Shown here: positions 1 through 14,414 of the stretch, in pieces
How the letters are laid out: each line of letters starts with the position of its first letter
Numbering within the stretch: the first letter of the stretch is position 1
Source: Eledone cirrhosa
Lineage: Eukaryota
Reading direction: 5' to 3'
Assembly (NCBI GenBank): GCA_964016885.1
Contig: OZ024761.1
Coordinates: 25,358,001-25,422,000, forward strand
Length of the DNA stretch: 64,000 nucleotides
Position numbers and translations under genes: made by a program
Notes under the pieces: model-generated
What the model was told of the DNA's origin: nothing
What the model saw: only the letters and a program-made list of their open reading frames with translations
Database searches by the model: none

Positions 1-170
1 TTCTTTCTATCTTTCTTTCGTCTTCTTCTTCGCCTTCATCTTTTTCTTTTTTTTCTCTCTCTCACTCGCTCATTTCAAACCACTAGTACACACACACACA
101 CAGACACTCACACACAGACACACACATATACACACACACACATATATATATATATATATGTGTGTGTGTG

Positions 171-210
<40 letters not shown>

Positions 211-607
211 CTATATATGCATACACACATGCACATACATATATAAATATATGTATGTGCATGTGTGTATGCATATATCAATTATATATATATATACATA
301 TATGTGCATACACACACACTTATATATATATATGTATGTGTGCGTGTGTGTCAGTGTCCCTGTGTGTGCGTGTGTGTCAGTGTCACTGTGTGTGTGTGTG
401 AGTGTCTCTGCGTGTGTGTATTATGGGGGATGATTTCGTACGAAAGAAACAATTTTAGACTTGGAGTCGCCTTATATATAACATATATATACTTATGTAA
501 GTATACAAGTATTATGATCGTATATTGTATATATATATATATATAAATGTGTCTGTGGGTGTGTGTGTGGGTGTGTGTGTGTATGTGTGTGAATCTATGT
601 ATAAATA

Positions 608-684
608 CAGGGTGTCCCAGAAAATGCATACACACTTCAACATTATTCAAATCAAAGTGAGTATACATTTTTGTGGGACAATCT
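608..684. mobile_element. Tc1/mariner-type mini-MITE
   Basis: TA-CAGGGTGTCCCAGAAAATGCATACACACTT has an imperfect inverted copy AAGTGAGTATACATTTTTGTGGGACAATCTA-TA; TA flanks. Confidence 0.6.
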
Positions 685-769
685 ATATATATATATATTT
701 CCTCTTGTAACCAAATGCTTTCTGTATCAGTTATTCTGTGTGGTTCATTAGGCATTTATAGTAGTAGTA

Positions 770-835
770 TTCTAGGCTCGGCCAAAGTCTTGTAAGCAGA
801 ATTTGGTCACCGGAAACTGCGGAAAAATATCGTAC
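770..835 (+). mobile_element. Degenerate SINE body fragment
   Basis: ggccaaagtcttgtaagcagaatttggtcaccggaaactg resembles a recalled octopus SINE body; not database-checked. Confidence 0.35.
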
Positions 836-1071
836 AATAGCAGATTAACCTTGTATGTGGCCCGCAGCAGAACATGTCATCAGTGCGCTTACGCACCATG
901 TAACTATGTCTAAATTTCTGCGATTCTCTCAAAACACATAAAGAGAGAGGGGTTAGTTTGTCTACCTCATACTACTCCTTTCTCTTTACGTCGGCTGCCT
1001 GCATGAATGTATGTGTGTGTGTGTGTGTACAAGACATTAACGGAGCCATAGACTCTCGCCGTTCCCTGTAA

Positions 1072-1261
1072 ATAATTGTTTCTAGTTTAGGCACAAGGCT
1101 AGCAATTACCCAGTGCATTACTGGTACTTTATTTTATCGACCCCGTAAGGATGAAAGGCAAAGTCAACCTCGGCGGGATTTGAACTGAGATCGTAAAGGG
1201 ACGTAACTATGCTGGAAAGCATGGCGTCCGACCCTCTACCGATACTGCCAATCCACCGCCC
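1072..1261 (-). mobile_element. tRNA-derived SINE family A, full length
   Basis: Minus strand reads GGGCGGTGGATTGGCAGTATCGG (A box), GTTCAAATCC (B box), GCCTTTCATCCTTACGGGGTCGATAAAATAAAGTACCAG body and GAAACAATTATT tail; taaataat repeated at 1069-1076 and 1264-1271. Confidence 0.9.
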
Positions 1262-1367
1262 TTTAAATAATGTGTTCAAAGGAGAGGAAATCCTGAGCTC
1301 GTTAAAATACAATATGTTGAAAAGGTAACTCACTAGAGAGAGATACAGTATGCTATCAATAAAATTG

Positions 1368-1963
1368 TTGATAGCGCACTGTATCTCTCTTTACTGTGTT
1401 ACCTTTTCAACATATTGTATTTTAAAGTGCCCAGGATTTCCCCTCCTTTGAGCAGATTATTTACAGGGAACGGCGAGAGTCTATGGCTCCGTTAATGTAT
1501 CGTGATATTTCGCTCCTTATAACAGTCTTTCCTCTCTCTCTGTTTGGTTGGTTGAGCACACATCTCGGAGTGGTTTTGGGCTTCCCTTTCTAGCAGCTGG
1601 TCCCTCAGTGCCCACTGGTTCACTGCCCTTAAACACGCTGTGACTTCTTTCTCCCACGTGTAAGTGGGCGGTCGCCTTAAAAATTATCTTAGTGTTGTCT
1701 GAAATGTATAGCCTTACACACGCTGATGAAGCTGGGTTATTTCATTTCTGTCAACAACTTACTGGCGAAACAGAAAACTTTGGATTTGTACTCGTGTTAT
1801 ATAGTTATAGAGGGATTTATTTAGGCTTTAATTTATATTTTTAATTATCGAGTCTATACTCTGCCTTTCATAGGTTATAGATTCCAAACACTGGTGGTTT
1901 TAAACTCTTTTATTGATAGCGCACTGTATCTCTCTTTAGTGTGTTACCTTTTTAACATATTGT
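1368..1963 (+). mobile_element. Penelope-like pseudo-LTR unit with hammerhead motif
   Basis: The first ~50 bp recur at 1913 (545-bp period); an inverted copy lies immediately 5'; contains a CTGATGA...GAAAC motif. Confidence 0.55.
1716..1797 (+). ncRNA. Type I hammerhead ribozyme-like motif
   Basis: acacg-CTGATGA-a-gctgg..ctggc-GAAA-caga..tttg-TA-ctcgtgt: intact core, stems II and III plausible, bulged stem I, GUA site at 1788-1790. Confidence 0.55.
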
Positions 1964-2169
1964 ATATATATATATACATATATATATACATATATACATA
2001 TATATATGTATATACATACATATATATACATATATATATATACATATATACATATACATATATACATATATATACATATATATTCATATATATATATACA
2101 TATATACATATATATTAATATATATTCATATATATATATACATATATACATATATATTCATATATATAT

Positions 2170-2200
<31 letters not shown>

Positions 2201-2353
2201 TACATATATATACATATATATATATACATATATACATATACATATATACATATATATACATATATATTCATATATATATATACATATATACATATATATT
2301 AATATATATTCATATATATATATACATATATACATATATATTCATATATATAT

Positions 2354-2384
<31 letters not shown>

Positions 2385-2809
2385 TACATATATATACATA
2401 TATATATGTATATTCATATATATATACATATATACATATATATATATATATACACACATATATATATATATACATACACATATATATATGTATATTCATA
2501 TATACATATATACATATATATACACATATATATATACATACACATATATATATATATATTCATATATACATATATACATATATATACACATATATATATA
2601 CATACACATATATATATACATATATATATACATACATACATACATATATATATATACATACATACATACATACATATATATATACATACATATATATATA
2701 TATATATACATACATATATATATATATATATACATACATATATATATATATATATATACATACATATATATATATATATACATACATATATATACATATA
2801 TATACATAC

Positions 2810-2844
<35 letters not shown>

Positions 2845-2915
2845 CATACATATATATATATATATATACATACATATATATATATATATATATACATACA
2901 TATATATATATATAT

Positions 2916-2946
<31 letters not shown>

Positions 2947-3041
2947 CATACATATATATATATATATATACATACATATATATATATATATATACATACA
3001 TATATATATATATATATATACATACATATATATATATATAT

Positions 3042-3108
<67 letters not shown>

Positions 3109-3125
3109 CATATATATATATATAT

Positions 3126-3192
<67 letters not shown>

Positions 3193-3391
3193 CATATATA
3201 TATATATATATACATACATATATATATATATATACATACATATATATATATATATACATACATATATATATATATATACATACATATATATATATATATA
3301 TACATACATATATATATATATATACATACATATATATATATATATATACATACATATATATATATACATACATATATATATATATACATAC

Positions 3392-3424
<33 letters not shown>

Positions 3425-3469
3425 CATACATACATATATATATATACATACATACATATATATATATAC

Positions 3470-3500
<31 letters not shown>

Positions 3501-3543
3501 CATACATATATATATATATACATACATACATATATATATATAC

Positions 3544-3574
<31 letters not shown>

Positions 3575-3602
3575 CATACATATATATATATATACATACA
3601 TA

Positions 3603-3642
<40 letters not shown>

Positions 3643-3900
3643 CATACATATATATATATATACATACATATATATATATATATATATACATACACACATA
3701 TATATATATATACATACACACATATATATATATATATATACATACATATATATATATATATACATACATATATATACATACACACATATATATATACATA
3801 TATATATATATACATACATATATATATATATACATACATACATATATATATATACATACATACATATATATATATACATACATATACATATATATATATA
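1963..3900. repeat. (TA)n/(TACA)n compound microsatellite
   Basis: Continuous TA tract with interspersed CA; source of the poly-YI/HI ORFs. Confidence 0.97.
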
Positions 3901-4041
3901 TATTGTTATACTTTGGGAGGGTCATGTTGCCAATAAGAATCTTGCTAAACAAATTCAGAAACGAAATATATATATATATACATATATATATTAATATATA
4001 CATATATATATATATATAAATATTTATATATTTATATATAT

Positions 4042-4094
<53 letters not shown>

Positions 4095-4670
4095 CACACA
4101 TATATATATATATATACACACATATATATATATATACACATACAGAGAGAGAAAGAGTCATTATATATATTTTTCGTATAGGACTCTCACATATTCACAC
4201 ACACACACACACACACACGCACGCACACATACACACACATATAAATATATATATATACACATTTATATACCCACATACACACAGTCACATATTTATTATG
4301 TGAGTTCTGAAAATTGCATTTCATTTTTCATATCTAGGTAAAAGTATGTGGCCTAAAAACCCAACTATTTGATCCCAAGGGAAAACAAATGACAATGCTT
4401 AGATTGCGAAGACAGGATGTAAAGAGGGGCACAGGAAGCACTATAATAATAGTATATGTCTTGTGATTTTTTTCAGGGATGGACTTTGATGTCATTTAAA
4501 TATATATATATATATATATATATTGTATTTGAAGAGGAATTGTAGGAAAAGGTCCTGGGAGTTGTGTGGAGTGGAGGGTTGTCTAAGGGAATGTCAGAAA
4601 CAAATAGGATTTTGAGATATATATGGGTGTGTATCTGCTTGTATATGTGTATTCAAATATATATATATAT

Positions 4671-4842
4671 ATTGTTTCTACTTTTGACACAAGGCCAGCA
4701 ATTATCCCAGTGTATTACTGGTACTTTATTTTATCGACCCCCTAAGGATGAAAGGCAAAGTTAACCTCGGCGGGATTTGAACTCAGACCATAAAGGGCCG
4801 TAACTCTTTGCTGCAAAGCATGGCGTCCGACCCTCTACCGAT
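4671..4842 (-). mobile_element. SINE family A, 5'-truncated
   Basis: Same tail, body and B box as 1072-1261; runs into a (GA)n tract. Confidence 0.85.
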
Positions 4843-5005
4843 GAGAGAGAGAGAGAGAGGGAGAGAGAGATAGAGAGAGAGAGACATGTATATATGCACA
4901 CACACACATATGTATATACATATATATATGAGTGTGTGTGTGTTTGTGTGTTTGCATGTGTGAGTATATGCTTGTGTGTAAGTGTGAGTGTGTGTGTTTG
5001 TGTGA

Positions 5006-5046
<41 letters not shown>

Positions 5047-5310
5047 TGTGTGTGTGTATGTGCAAGCAGGCAGATAAATAGATTGATGTACCATATAGCG
5101 GGAGATATCGATTGACATATAGCAGAGAGAGAGGGGAGAGAGGGGGGATAGAGAAAGGGGGGCAGAGAGAGGGGGATAAAGAGAGAGTGGGGACATAGGG
5201 AGGGGGATATAGAGAGGGGGATAGAGAGGGGGGTGCAGAGAGTGAAAATAAGAGAGAGGGAGATATAGTAGGAAGAAAGAAGCAAATAGATAGGGTGACA
5301 TACTTTTTTA

Positions 5311-5490
5311 TACATTTTGGCACAAGGCCAGCAAAGACCCAGTGCATTACTGGTACTTTATTTTATCGACCCTGTAAGGATGAAAGGCAAAGTTAACCTC
5401 TGCGGGATTTGAATTCAGAACGTAAAGGGACGTGACTGTGCTTCAAAGCATGATGTCTGACGCTCTACCGATACTGCCAATCCACCGCCC
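5311..5490 (-). mobile_element. SINE family A
   Basis: Matches 1072-1261 including the GGGCGGTGGATTGGCAG head. Confidence 0.85.
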
Positions 5491-5504
5491 GTAGAGAGAT
5501 AGAT

Positions 5505-5605
5505 AGATTTCTTTATTAGTCACAAGGGCGCAACAAGAAACGGGGACAATACAAAGACATGACGGGGATTTTACATACAGTCGTGTAAAAAATATAAAAA
5601 CAAGA
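5505..5605 (-). mobile_element. L1/Tx1-type LINE 3' tail fragment
   Basis: Minus strand ends CCCTTGTGACTAATAAAGAAATC, similar to the 3' end of 54943-55240. Confidence 0.45.
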
Positions 5606-6048
5606 TATAGATAGATAGATAAATAGATAGATACAAAGACTGAAAGTAATAAAGAGAGATAAGGGATGAGAGAATGAGAGAAAGAGAGAGACAGAGAGAA
5701 AGAGAGAGATAGAGAGAGCGAGTGAGTGAAGGACAGAGAGAGAGATAGAGAGAATGAGAGAGAGAGACTGAGTGAACGACAGAGATAGAGAGACATAGAG
5801 ATAGCGAGAGAGAGATAGCGAGAGAGAGACATAGAGAGAGAGCCATAGAGATAGCGAGAGAGAGACATAGAGAGAGAGAGTGAAGGACATAGAGAGAGAG
5901 AGGGGGGGAAATGAGAGAGAGGGGGGATGAGAGAGAGAGAGTGAATGAAGGACAGAGAGAGAGAGTGAATGAAGGACAGAGCGAGAGAGACATAGAGAGA
6001 GAGAGAGACATAGAGAGAGAGAGAGAGTGAAGGACATAGAGAGAGAGC

Positions 6049-6089
<41 letters not shown>

Positions 6090-6165
6090 TGAGAGAGCGT
6101 GAGAGAGAGACAGAGACAGAGAGAGACAGAGAGCGTGAGACAGGGAAAGAGAGAGAGAGAGATAA
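5606..6165. repeat. (GA)n-rich low-complexity tract
   Basis: GA/GATA dominated. Confidence 0.9.
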
Positions 6166-6687
6166 GGAGATGAAAGTTACTAATATAATGACATGCAAAC
6201 GAAATTCACGGTCACGTGATTATACTGAGAGCAGCAAGACGCAGGGATTTGATGGATCCTAAAATTACTCCAAAAGGTTGTAAGGTCATAGGATACAATG
6301 AATTATGAGAAGTATAGGGCTGAGAGCAGGGAGACGTGGATATTTGGAGGAGAGAGGGGTGCGGCGTGTGTGTGCTCCCACATTACCAATATATATTTGT
6401 CATGTCCATTTCCCTGTTAGATGGAAGCAAGTAGTGCTAAAGGCCACACCAATGGTTTCGGCATAAATGTTCTGTGGTTCTGTATCTGTTGTGAGTGTGG
6501 ATAGGGGTGTGGGTGTGGTGGTGGTGGAGTGTGGGTGTGGTGGTGGCGGGGTGTGGTGGTGGTGGTGGGGCGTGTGTGGAGAATGGTTGTATGTGTATCA
6601 CTGTTTGTGTATGTGTGCATGTGTGAATGGTAAGTATGTATTGTGTGCCCGTGTGTATTTTGCGTATACTTCAAAATATGTGCCTAC

Positions 6688-7620
<933 letters not shown>

Positions 7621-7796
7621 ATATGGTACCAGGAAAAGCAGGAAAAACTAAGCAGGAAATAGTGGACAGAACAAGATATTTATTGTGTTCATATATATAT
7701 ATATACATATACATATTCATACATACAAATAAACACACATAAGAGGGAGAGAGAGAGGAAGATATAAATATATACACACAACCACACGTACATTAG

Positions 7797-7841
<45 letters not shown>

Positions 7842-8480
7842 GAGAGAGAGAGACAGGAAAAGAGAAATGCATAGATAGATAGATAGATAATTATACAAAC
7901 ACGTAACCATCAGTATGCTTATGTGATTATATACATGTATATATATATGTCTATATACACGTGTGTATATGAGTGTATATGCATATGCAAATTCCTGTGT
8001 TGTGGTATGTTGTGGAGTGGTCTGATTATGCAGAGGAAGTGTAAAAGATGATTGTAGATTATATTCACATACTGGTATTTCCGCCACACCTACTTCCATT
8101 CCAAACTGCCCCCTTTTCCTTTAAATCCCTGTTGCCTATCCCCACTATCCCTGCTCGCCATCTCAGTTCTGATTCAGTGTGCCCCTTCCTCCATCCCTGC
8201 ATGGTAATTATATTTTTTGTTTGTTTGTGGTGTTATGTTTCGTTTGGTTTATTTTTATTTATTTAGTTAGTTATGTTCCGCTCCACTTAGCTTTCCCTAT
8301 GCGCTTATGTGCGCATGCCATGTCGTTTATGCTTGGCTACATTCGCTGCTCTACAAATCTGCACCAGATGCACACCGACCATGTGCAAAGACCAATAAGC
8401 GCACATACTGACTAACACACAAACACACACATTCGCAAGCACACTCAACATAGAAAGCAAGATTCCCTAACATATAGATC

Positions 8481-8560
<80 letters not shown>

Positions 8561-8999
8561 GACTTGCCACATACACATCCATTCTCTGACACACACTCGG
8601 AAAGTGCACACGTACTCATCTATATACACAGACATGTAGACACATACACGAATGTACGGGCACGCACACTCCGTGTCCATTCGTGTTAATCTACCACGTA
8701 CACACACACACACAACGTACACACGCACACGCACGCAAACACATATATAGATGTAAAGATACATGTGTATATATTTTTATGTCTGTGTGCGTATACGTGT
8801 GCAAGGGCTAGTTGGACTTAGTATTAAACACATCAGTGTGTGTGCACGCACATACGCATACATATATACATATATGTGTGTGTCTGTGTGTCAGATATAG
8901 ACACATTTACGCACATATTCGCATACACTATGTATTTGAGTGCATTAGTCGTTCTGTGTGTATGTGTGTATGTGTATGGCTCCGTTAATGTATCGTGAT

Positions 9000-9046
<47 letters not shown>

Positions 9047-9177
9047 GTTTTATATATCTGGGTGTATGTGTGTGTATGTATGTATACACATCTATGTAAA
9101 TATGTATATATGTATGTATTATGTTTTATGTACGTAAATATATATATATATATATATATGTATACATATATATATAT

Positions 9178-9482
9178 TTCGTTTCTCTGAATTTGTTTAG
9201 CAAGATTCTTTATCTGAAAACGTGTGTTGAAACCGATATTGTTATACTTTGGGAGGGTCATGTTGCCAATAAGAAACACACGCACCAATTGCTTTCACTT
9301 CAATTTATTATAATAAATTTATAAATTTAAGAATTTATAAATTTCCGGTTGGTTGGTTGGTTCCGCAACCAGATCGTTGTTTATATATTGTCAAAGTTCT
9401 TTCGTCACACATTCTGTGACCTCTTCAGTGACTGGGGATTCTTTTCTTTGATGTTGTGCCTCTCCTTTGTTCTATCTTACGC
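9178..9482 (-). mobile_element. ~300-bp hammerhead-bearing Penelope-like repeat, copy 1
   Basis: Close inverted copy at 15434-15736; hammerhead motif at 9390-9432; abuts a TA tract. Confidence 0.65.
9390..9432 (-). ncRNA. Minimal type I hammerhead motif
   Basis: gtca-CTGAAGA-g-gtcaca(gaatg)tgtgac-GAAA-g(aa)c-TT-tgac: stems I and II paired, two-pair stem III, CUU site. Confidence 0.6.
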
Positions 9483-10075
9483 TAACAAGTACCAGTAATG
9501 CACTGGGTGATTGCTGGCCTTGTGCCTAAAGTAGAAACAATTACTATATATATATATATTTGTTTTGACCTGTTTAGCAGGATTTGCTTTTTGGCTTAGG
9601 TGGTTGATGCTTACTTGACCACTTTTCAGATTTGTATGGCTTCTTAACACATTGTTTAGCTCTGGTGTTTAACTATTGAGCACTTTGCAAGTGTCATTCT
9701 GATTTTTGCGTTTCGTTTCGCCTTTCCTAACCACAGAAATGCGATTCTCGCTGAATCTATATTTTTATATATATATAATAATATAGAATAGCTTCTACGA
9801 GACTAGAACTATTTCATTCGTGAGAAATCATCAAGAAGCTGGCTGTCCAAGTAAGTTATGATTACTCACAAACGAAACAGTTCTAGTCCTGTAGAAGCTC
9901 TGCTATATTAAAACCTTTATACTCTGCTATGTATTGTGAGTACCTTACTTACTGTGGTTACCTCCGATTCAACCGGAATATAATATATATATATATAGAA
10001 GGAATTGTGGTAAGGGACCAGATGGACCATAACGCCCCAAAGTATGCAATTATTGGGGTAGTAGAGTGGGTAATA

Positions 10076-10202
10076 AGAACAAATATGACCCGACGGCAGA
10101 GATCAAGACGTTTCGACGGCTATTTCTGGACGGCTATTTTTGGAGTCCAGAAATAGCCGTCGAAACGGCTTGTGCTCTGCCCTCGGGGTCATATTTGTTC
10201 CT
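10076..10202. repeat. Self-complementary hairpin element (also 11785-11896 and 33992-34119)
   Basis: Arms gaacaaatatgacccgacggcagag..ctggac and gtccag..ctctgccctcggggtcatatttgttc. Confidence 0.85.
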
Positions 10203-10480
10203 ATATATATATATATATACGCATGCGCGTTATTGAATGCTTAGCTGCATTCGTTCTCGTTCTCAGCGGTCTCAGATCAAATCGCATAGGGGTTAACAAT
10301 GCTTTTTTATTTTTTTCGCAGTCGATAGAAAAAAATACTCGGACCGTACTGCGGTCTACTTTAACCCCCGTATCTTTTTCGTATTTCCACACACTTCTCC
10401 ATGTCTAGAAGGAATCGGTTCTGTTCAGTCTTGGAAAGACGTGTAAGTGCTTCAGGAGGTTACAAATGTGCTTGTATAAA

Positions 10481-10665
10481 ATAATTATTTCTACATTTGG
10501 CACAATTATCCCAGTGCATTACTGCTACTTTATTTTATCGACCCTGTAAGGATGAAAGGCAAAGTTAAACACACTCGGGACTTGAACTCAGATCATAAAG
10601 GGGCGTAACTCTTTGCTGTAAAGCACAGCGTCGGGCACTCTACCGATACTGACAATGCTCCTCCT
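10481..10665 (-). mobile_element. SINE family A with 16-bp target-site duplication
   Basis: tgcttgtataaaataa (10469-10484) and tgcttgtatgaaataa (10668-10683). Confidence 0.85.
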
Positions 10666-10684
10666 TTTGCTTGTATGAAATAAG

Positions 10685-11010
10685 GGCACCACAACGACAC
10701 GGCACCAAATGTGACGGGTATATTAATATATACATATCTAAGATAAAACGGTTGTGTTCAGACTTGGAATAATTGAATGAAGGATATGTGCTTCACCAGG
10801 TTAATATATGTCTGTATATAACGATGGCACCAGAGGACTGCACGAAATGTTAAGGGTACTTTGATATAAACATGTCTAAGTTAAATAGCTTGTGTTCAGA
10901 CTTGTAATGAGGGATATGTGTCTAACCAGATTACAAAAAATGCCTGTATATAACTTTGGCACCACAAGGACTGCATCAAATGTTAAGGGCACATCAATAT
11001 ATGCATTCTT
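10685..11010. repeat. Diverged ~135-bp tandem repeat
   Basis: ggcacca..aaatgt recurs near 10685, 10826 and 10957; ttgtgttcagacttg is shared by the first two units. Confidence 0.7.
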
Positions 11011-11535
11011 AATATGTTGTTCAATAAAATCTATTTCATAAATGCCTTGAGAATGTGTAAAGCTGGATCAATTAACAAGGAATATGAAACTCAGCGTAAC
11101 TTTTAAGACTGGGTGCGTTTGAAATTAGGACAATGAACTCTGTTTATAAATTATAGAGTAGGATATCTTATTCCATTCCATTCGTAATCCCATAAATTAT
11201 AACAGTGATTTATAATTACATATTACAAATATTATAAATCTAACGGCAGGGTGGGTGGGCGGGGGGGGGGTGCAGTTTCGGCGTTGTTTTCTATGTGTAT
11301 ATATATATATATATTTTGTGTTTATATATATATATCTTGGGTTTATATATATATATATATATGTATATATATACACAAAAATGCATAAATATAAATATAT
11401 AGGCATGTAAAAATAATTTCTATATGTAATAAAGGTGTCTATATTCTAAAACCCTATCGAATACCCTTTATAATTGTGGTTACCCCCGACTGGGCAGGAC
11501 CCGTAAATCTACACGCACACGCAGATACACATACG

Positions 11536-11569
<34 letters not shown>

Positions 11570-11687
11570 ATACGAAAAACGAGGAATTTTCGTTTACTTA
11601 TGAAAAATGTTTATTGCGTTTCGACCTGTTAAGCGCGTTTCGCAGAGAATTGGCTCAAGATGACCAGTATGTTATCGTACTATCTAC

Positions 11688-11726
<39 letters not shown>

Positions 11727-11892
11727 CGAAGGAAGTGTGGTAAGGAACCAGAGTAAGCGATACTTTGGGTAGTAGAGTGGGTGATAGGAGAAGGTTCAGA
11801 ACCCCCACGGCAGAGCTCAAACCGTTTCGACAGCTATTTCTTTCTGGACCAAGAAATAGCTTGAGCTCTGCCGCCGTGGTTCTGACACTTCT

Positions 11893-11953
<61 letters not shown>

Positions 11954-12169
11954 GACATGGATAAGCGAGGGTGTATCACTCGTTCGTTACCAAAATGGGT
12001 GAAGATCAATGTATTAAACGCTTACGAAAGATAAAGCAGAGCATAATGATTTCAATATTAGTGAAAATTGATGCATTTTCTTTACGTTTTCACTTTTATT
12101 AATATATCGCTGGGTGACTACGAACGTGTGGGTCTTTTCTCCAAATTTTCAACTTATTTTTTACCGTTC

Positions 12170-12355
12170 CTCCGCATTTTCTCTCTGTCTTTTCTTTCTA
12201 TTTATCTTTTACAATATTTCTATCTTTATCTACTGATGAAGTTCTAGTGTCCGAAATGTTAAGGTTGTCTTCCTGCTATTTCAAGCGTTAAACTAATATA
12301 ACTTTTCAATATACTCTGTCGTTTGCTTTGTTATTTCTGTTTACCTTTTACATAC
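12170..12355 (+). mobile_element. Penelope-like fragment with decayed hammerhead motif
   Basis: CTGATGAAGTTCTAGTGTCCGAAATGTTAAG followed by tcttcctgcta..tcaagcgttaa; same family at 31215-31335 (-) and 57454-57545 (+). Confidence 0.55.
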
Positions 12356-12358
12356 CTA

Positions 12359-12417
<59 letters not shown>

Positions 12418-12923
12418 ATATATAAATCGCATATAAATGCGAATTATCCGCCATATTAAGAATGCAATTTATATAATTGACAATGGAAGAAAAACATATT
12501 TAAGTAAATACGTAGTAAATTATAGGGAGTGATTCTAGATTTAATGGAAAGGTATTCTTCGGAAGCAGCATTAAATGATAACATGCAAACATAACTCTAT
12601 GGAATCTACTGCAATTGAAAGGAAAATAAGACCTTGTGTAAAAATAAATTAGGATTTTTAAGCAGCCGAAGAAACGTCAATTGTTGATACGTTGGGGTGT
12701 AATTGGTTTATTGGAGTGGACACTTGCACAGGGATTTTAAATATGTTTGATTTAACGGGGTGGGGGTGGGAGGTTGGTGGCGGTGGTGGGGCTTGGGGGC
12801 TGCAATACACGAAGTCTATAAGTTTAATGGAGTCAATAACGGAAGTGAAATTCGACATGTTTGATATCAAGCGTCTGGCTACCATCTTACCGTGTTCACA
12901 AGAATGTCAGCTAGAAAACTTGG

Positions 12924-13195
12924 CTAGATGTGGTTCCGACACGGATGAAGACATTGCTGTCCATTGTCATTAAACCCTGCTAAGTCCAACGCTGTGAAGG
13001 GGTGTTCCAGCAATGGGAATATCATGAGGTGCTGCGTAGTCTGTGATTCAATACTGCTGTCACACACAACGTCCTCCTCATTTACATATCCCCATTTTGC
13101 AAGAGTGACCTTTGCACGTCCATCAACAGATCTTAGTCTGTTTAGTCATTTCCACACTGTATAGTTTGTATCTGCTCCAGTGCGACAATGCTTCG
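12924..13195 (-). mobile_element. Decayed Vingi/Ingi-like LINE C-terminus
   Basis: Minus translation WK*LNRLRSVDGRAKVTLAKWGY..VVCDSS..QTTQHLMIFP matches the W..LNRLR...GR....KWG...C.C...QT..HL..CP pattern; in-frame stop and lost cysteines. Confidence 0.65.
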
Positions 13196-13684
13196 GATAG
13201 GCTACCTATAATTCAGGTCTAATGGGTTTAATGAATTCAACACCCGAACAAGAATTCAAAATGTTTGATATTACGAAAGAGGCTACTCAGGCAAGTATGA
13301 ATGGTCACGCTGGAGTTATACGTTCGCCGTACTGGCGTTTCTAGCGCATATTAAGCCCAGCAAAGTCCATCCCACTCCAGGTCCAAACAAAGCAATACTT
13401 CTTCCGAAGAAGGATAGAGAAAGAGGAAGTGAGGAAGACGTACTGAGGAACTATCGACCTCAGTACAAAACTGGGTCATTTTTTTTATAGACCTCGAAAG
13501 AACGGAAGTCAAAGTTGACCTCGGTGGGATTTGAACACCGTGTTCAAATTTCGCCGTTTCTATCTGTGCCTTTCATCCTTACGGGGTAAATGAAATGAAG
13601 TACCAGTAATCTACTATGGTCGATTTAATTGATTTTCGCCTCTCCTAAAATGGTTGCCCATGTACCTAATTAAGAATCCATTAT

Positions 13685-13875
13685 GCGGTGGATTGGCAGT
13701 ATAGGTAGAGGGTCAGACGCCATGCTGTCCATCATAGTTACGTCCCTTTACAGACTGAGTTCAAATCCCGCCGAGGTTAACTTTGCCATTCATCCTTGCG
13801 GAGGTCGATAAAATAAAGTACCAGCAATGTACTGAGGTAATTGCTAGCCTTGTGCCTAAAGTAGAAACAATTATT
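13685..13875 (+). mobile_element. SINE family A, preceded by related SINE fragments at 13440-13680
   Basis: A box, GAGTTCAAATCCC B box, body and GAAACAATTATT tail. Confidence 0.88.
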
Positions 13876-14333
13876 AACCTGGTGTTTGGAATACAACTCA
13901 ACGAGGGGGGGGGGGGTTAAGGCGGGTCGGTATAAAACAAGTTTAAGGGGATATCTCAACATGACCGTGACCTAGATAATTGCACCAGTAAAAGATGCTA
14001 TGTCTTGCTGATGACATTTTCAACTAACACACATAACGCCATGATACCTAGTGCTATATGGATCTCATTACAATTCTGTATATATGCGAATATGACTAAC
14101 TCACATTTCATTACGCTTTAATGCTTCTGTAGTTTCCAGCCATTTGACTGTGGTCATGCTGGGGCACTGCTATGAAAGTAAAATATAATCTTGATCTCAT
14201 TCACTGTTATAGTAATTAAGTGTATATTTACACGGTTTGCTCAATGCCACACACATACATAATCACAAAGACGGTTATAGAACCATATACACACCCCCCG
14301 CCACACATACACACACACACATATATATATATA

Positions 14334-14369
14334 TGGTTTTATAAATATAGTTTCCATTTGTTAATATCG

Positions 14370-14414
<45 letters not shown>

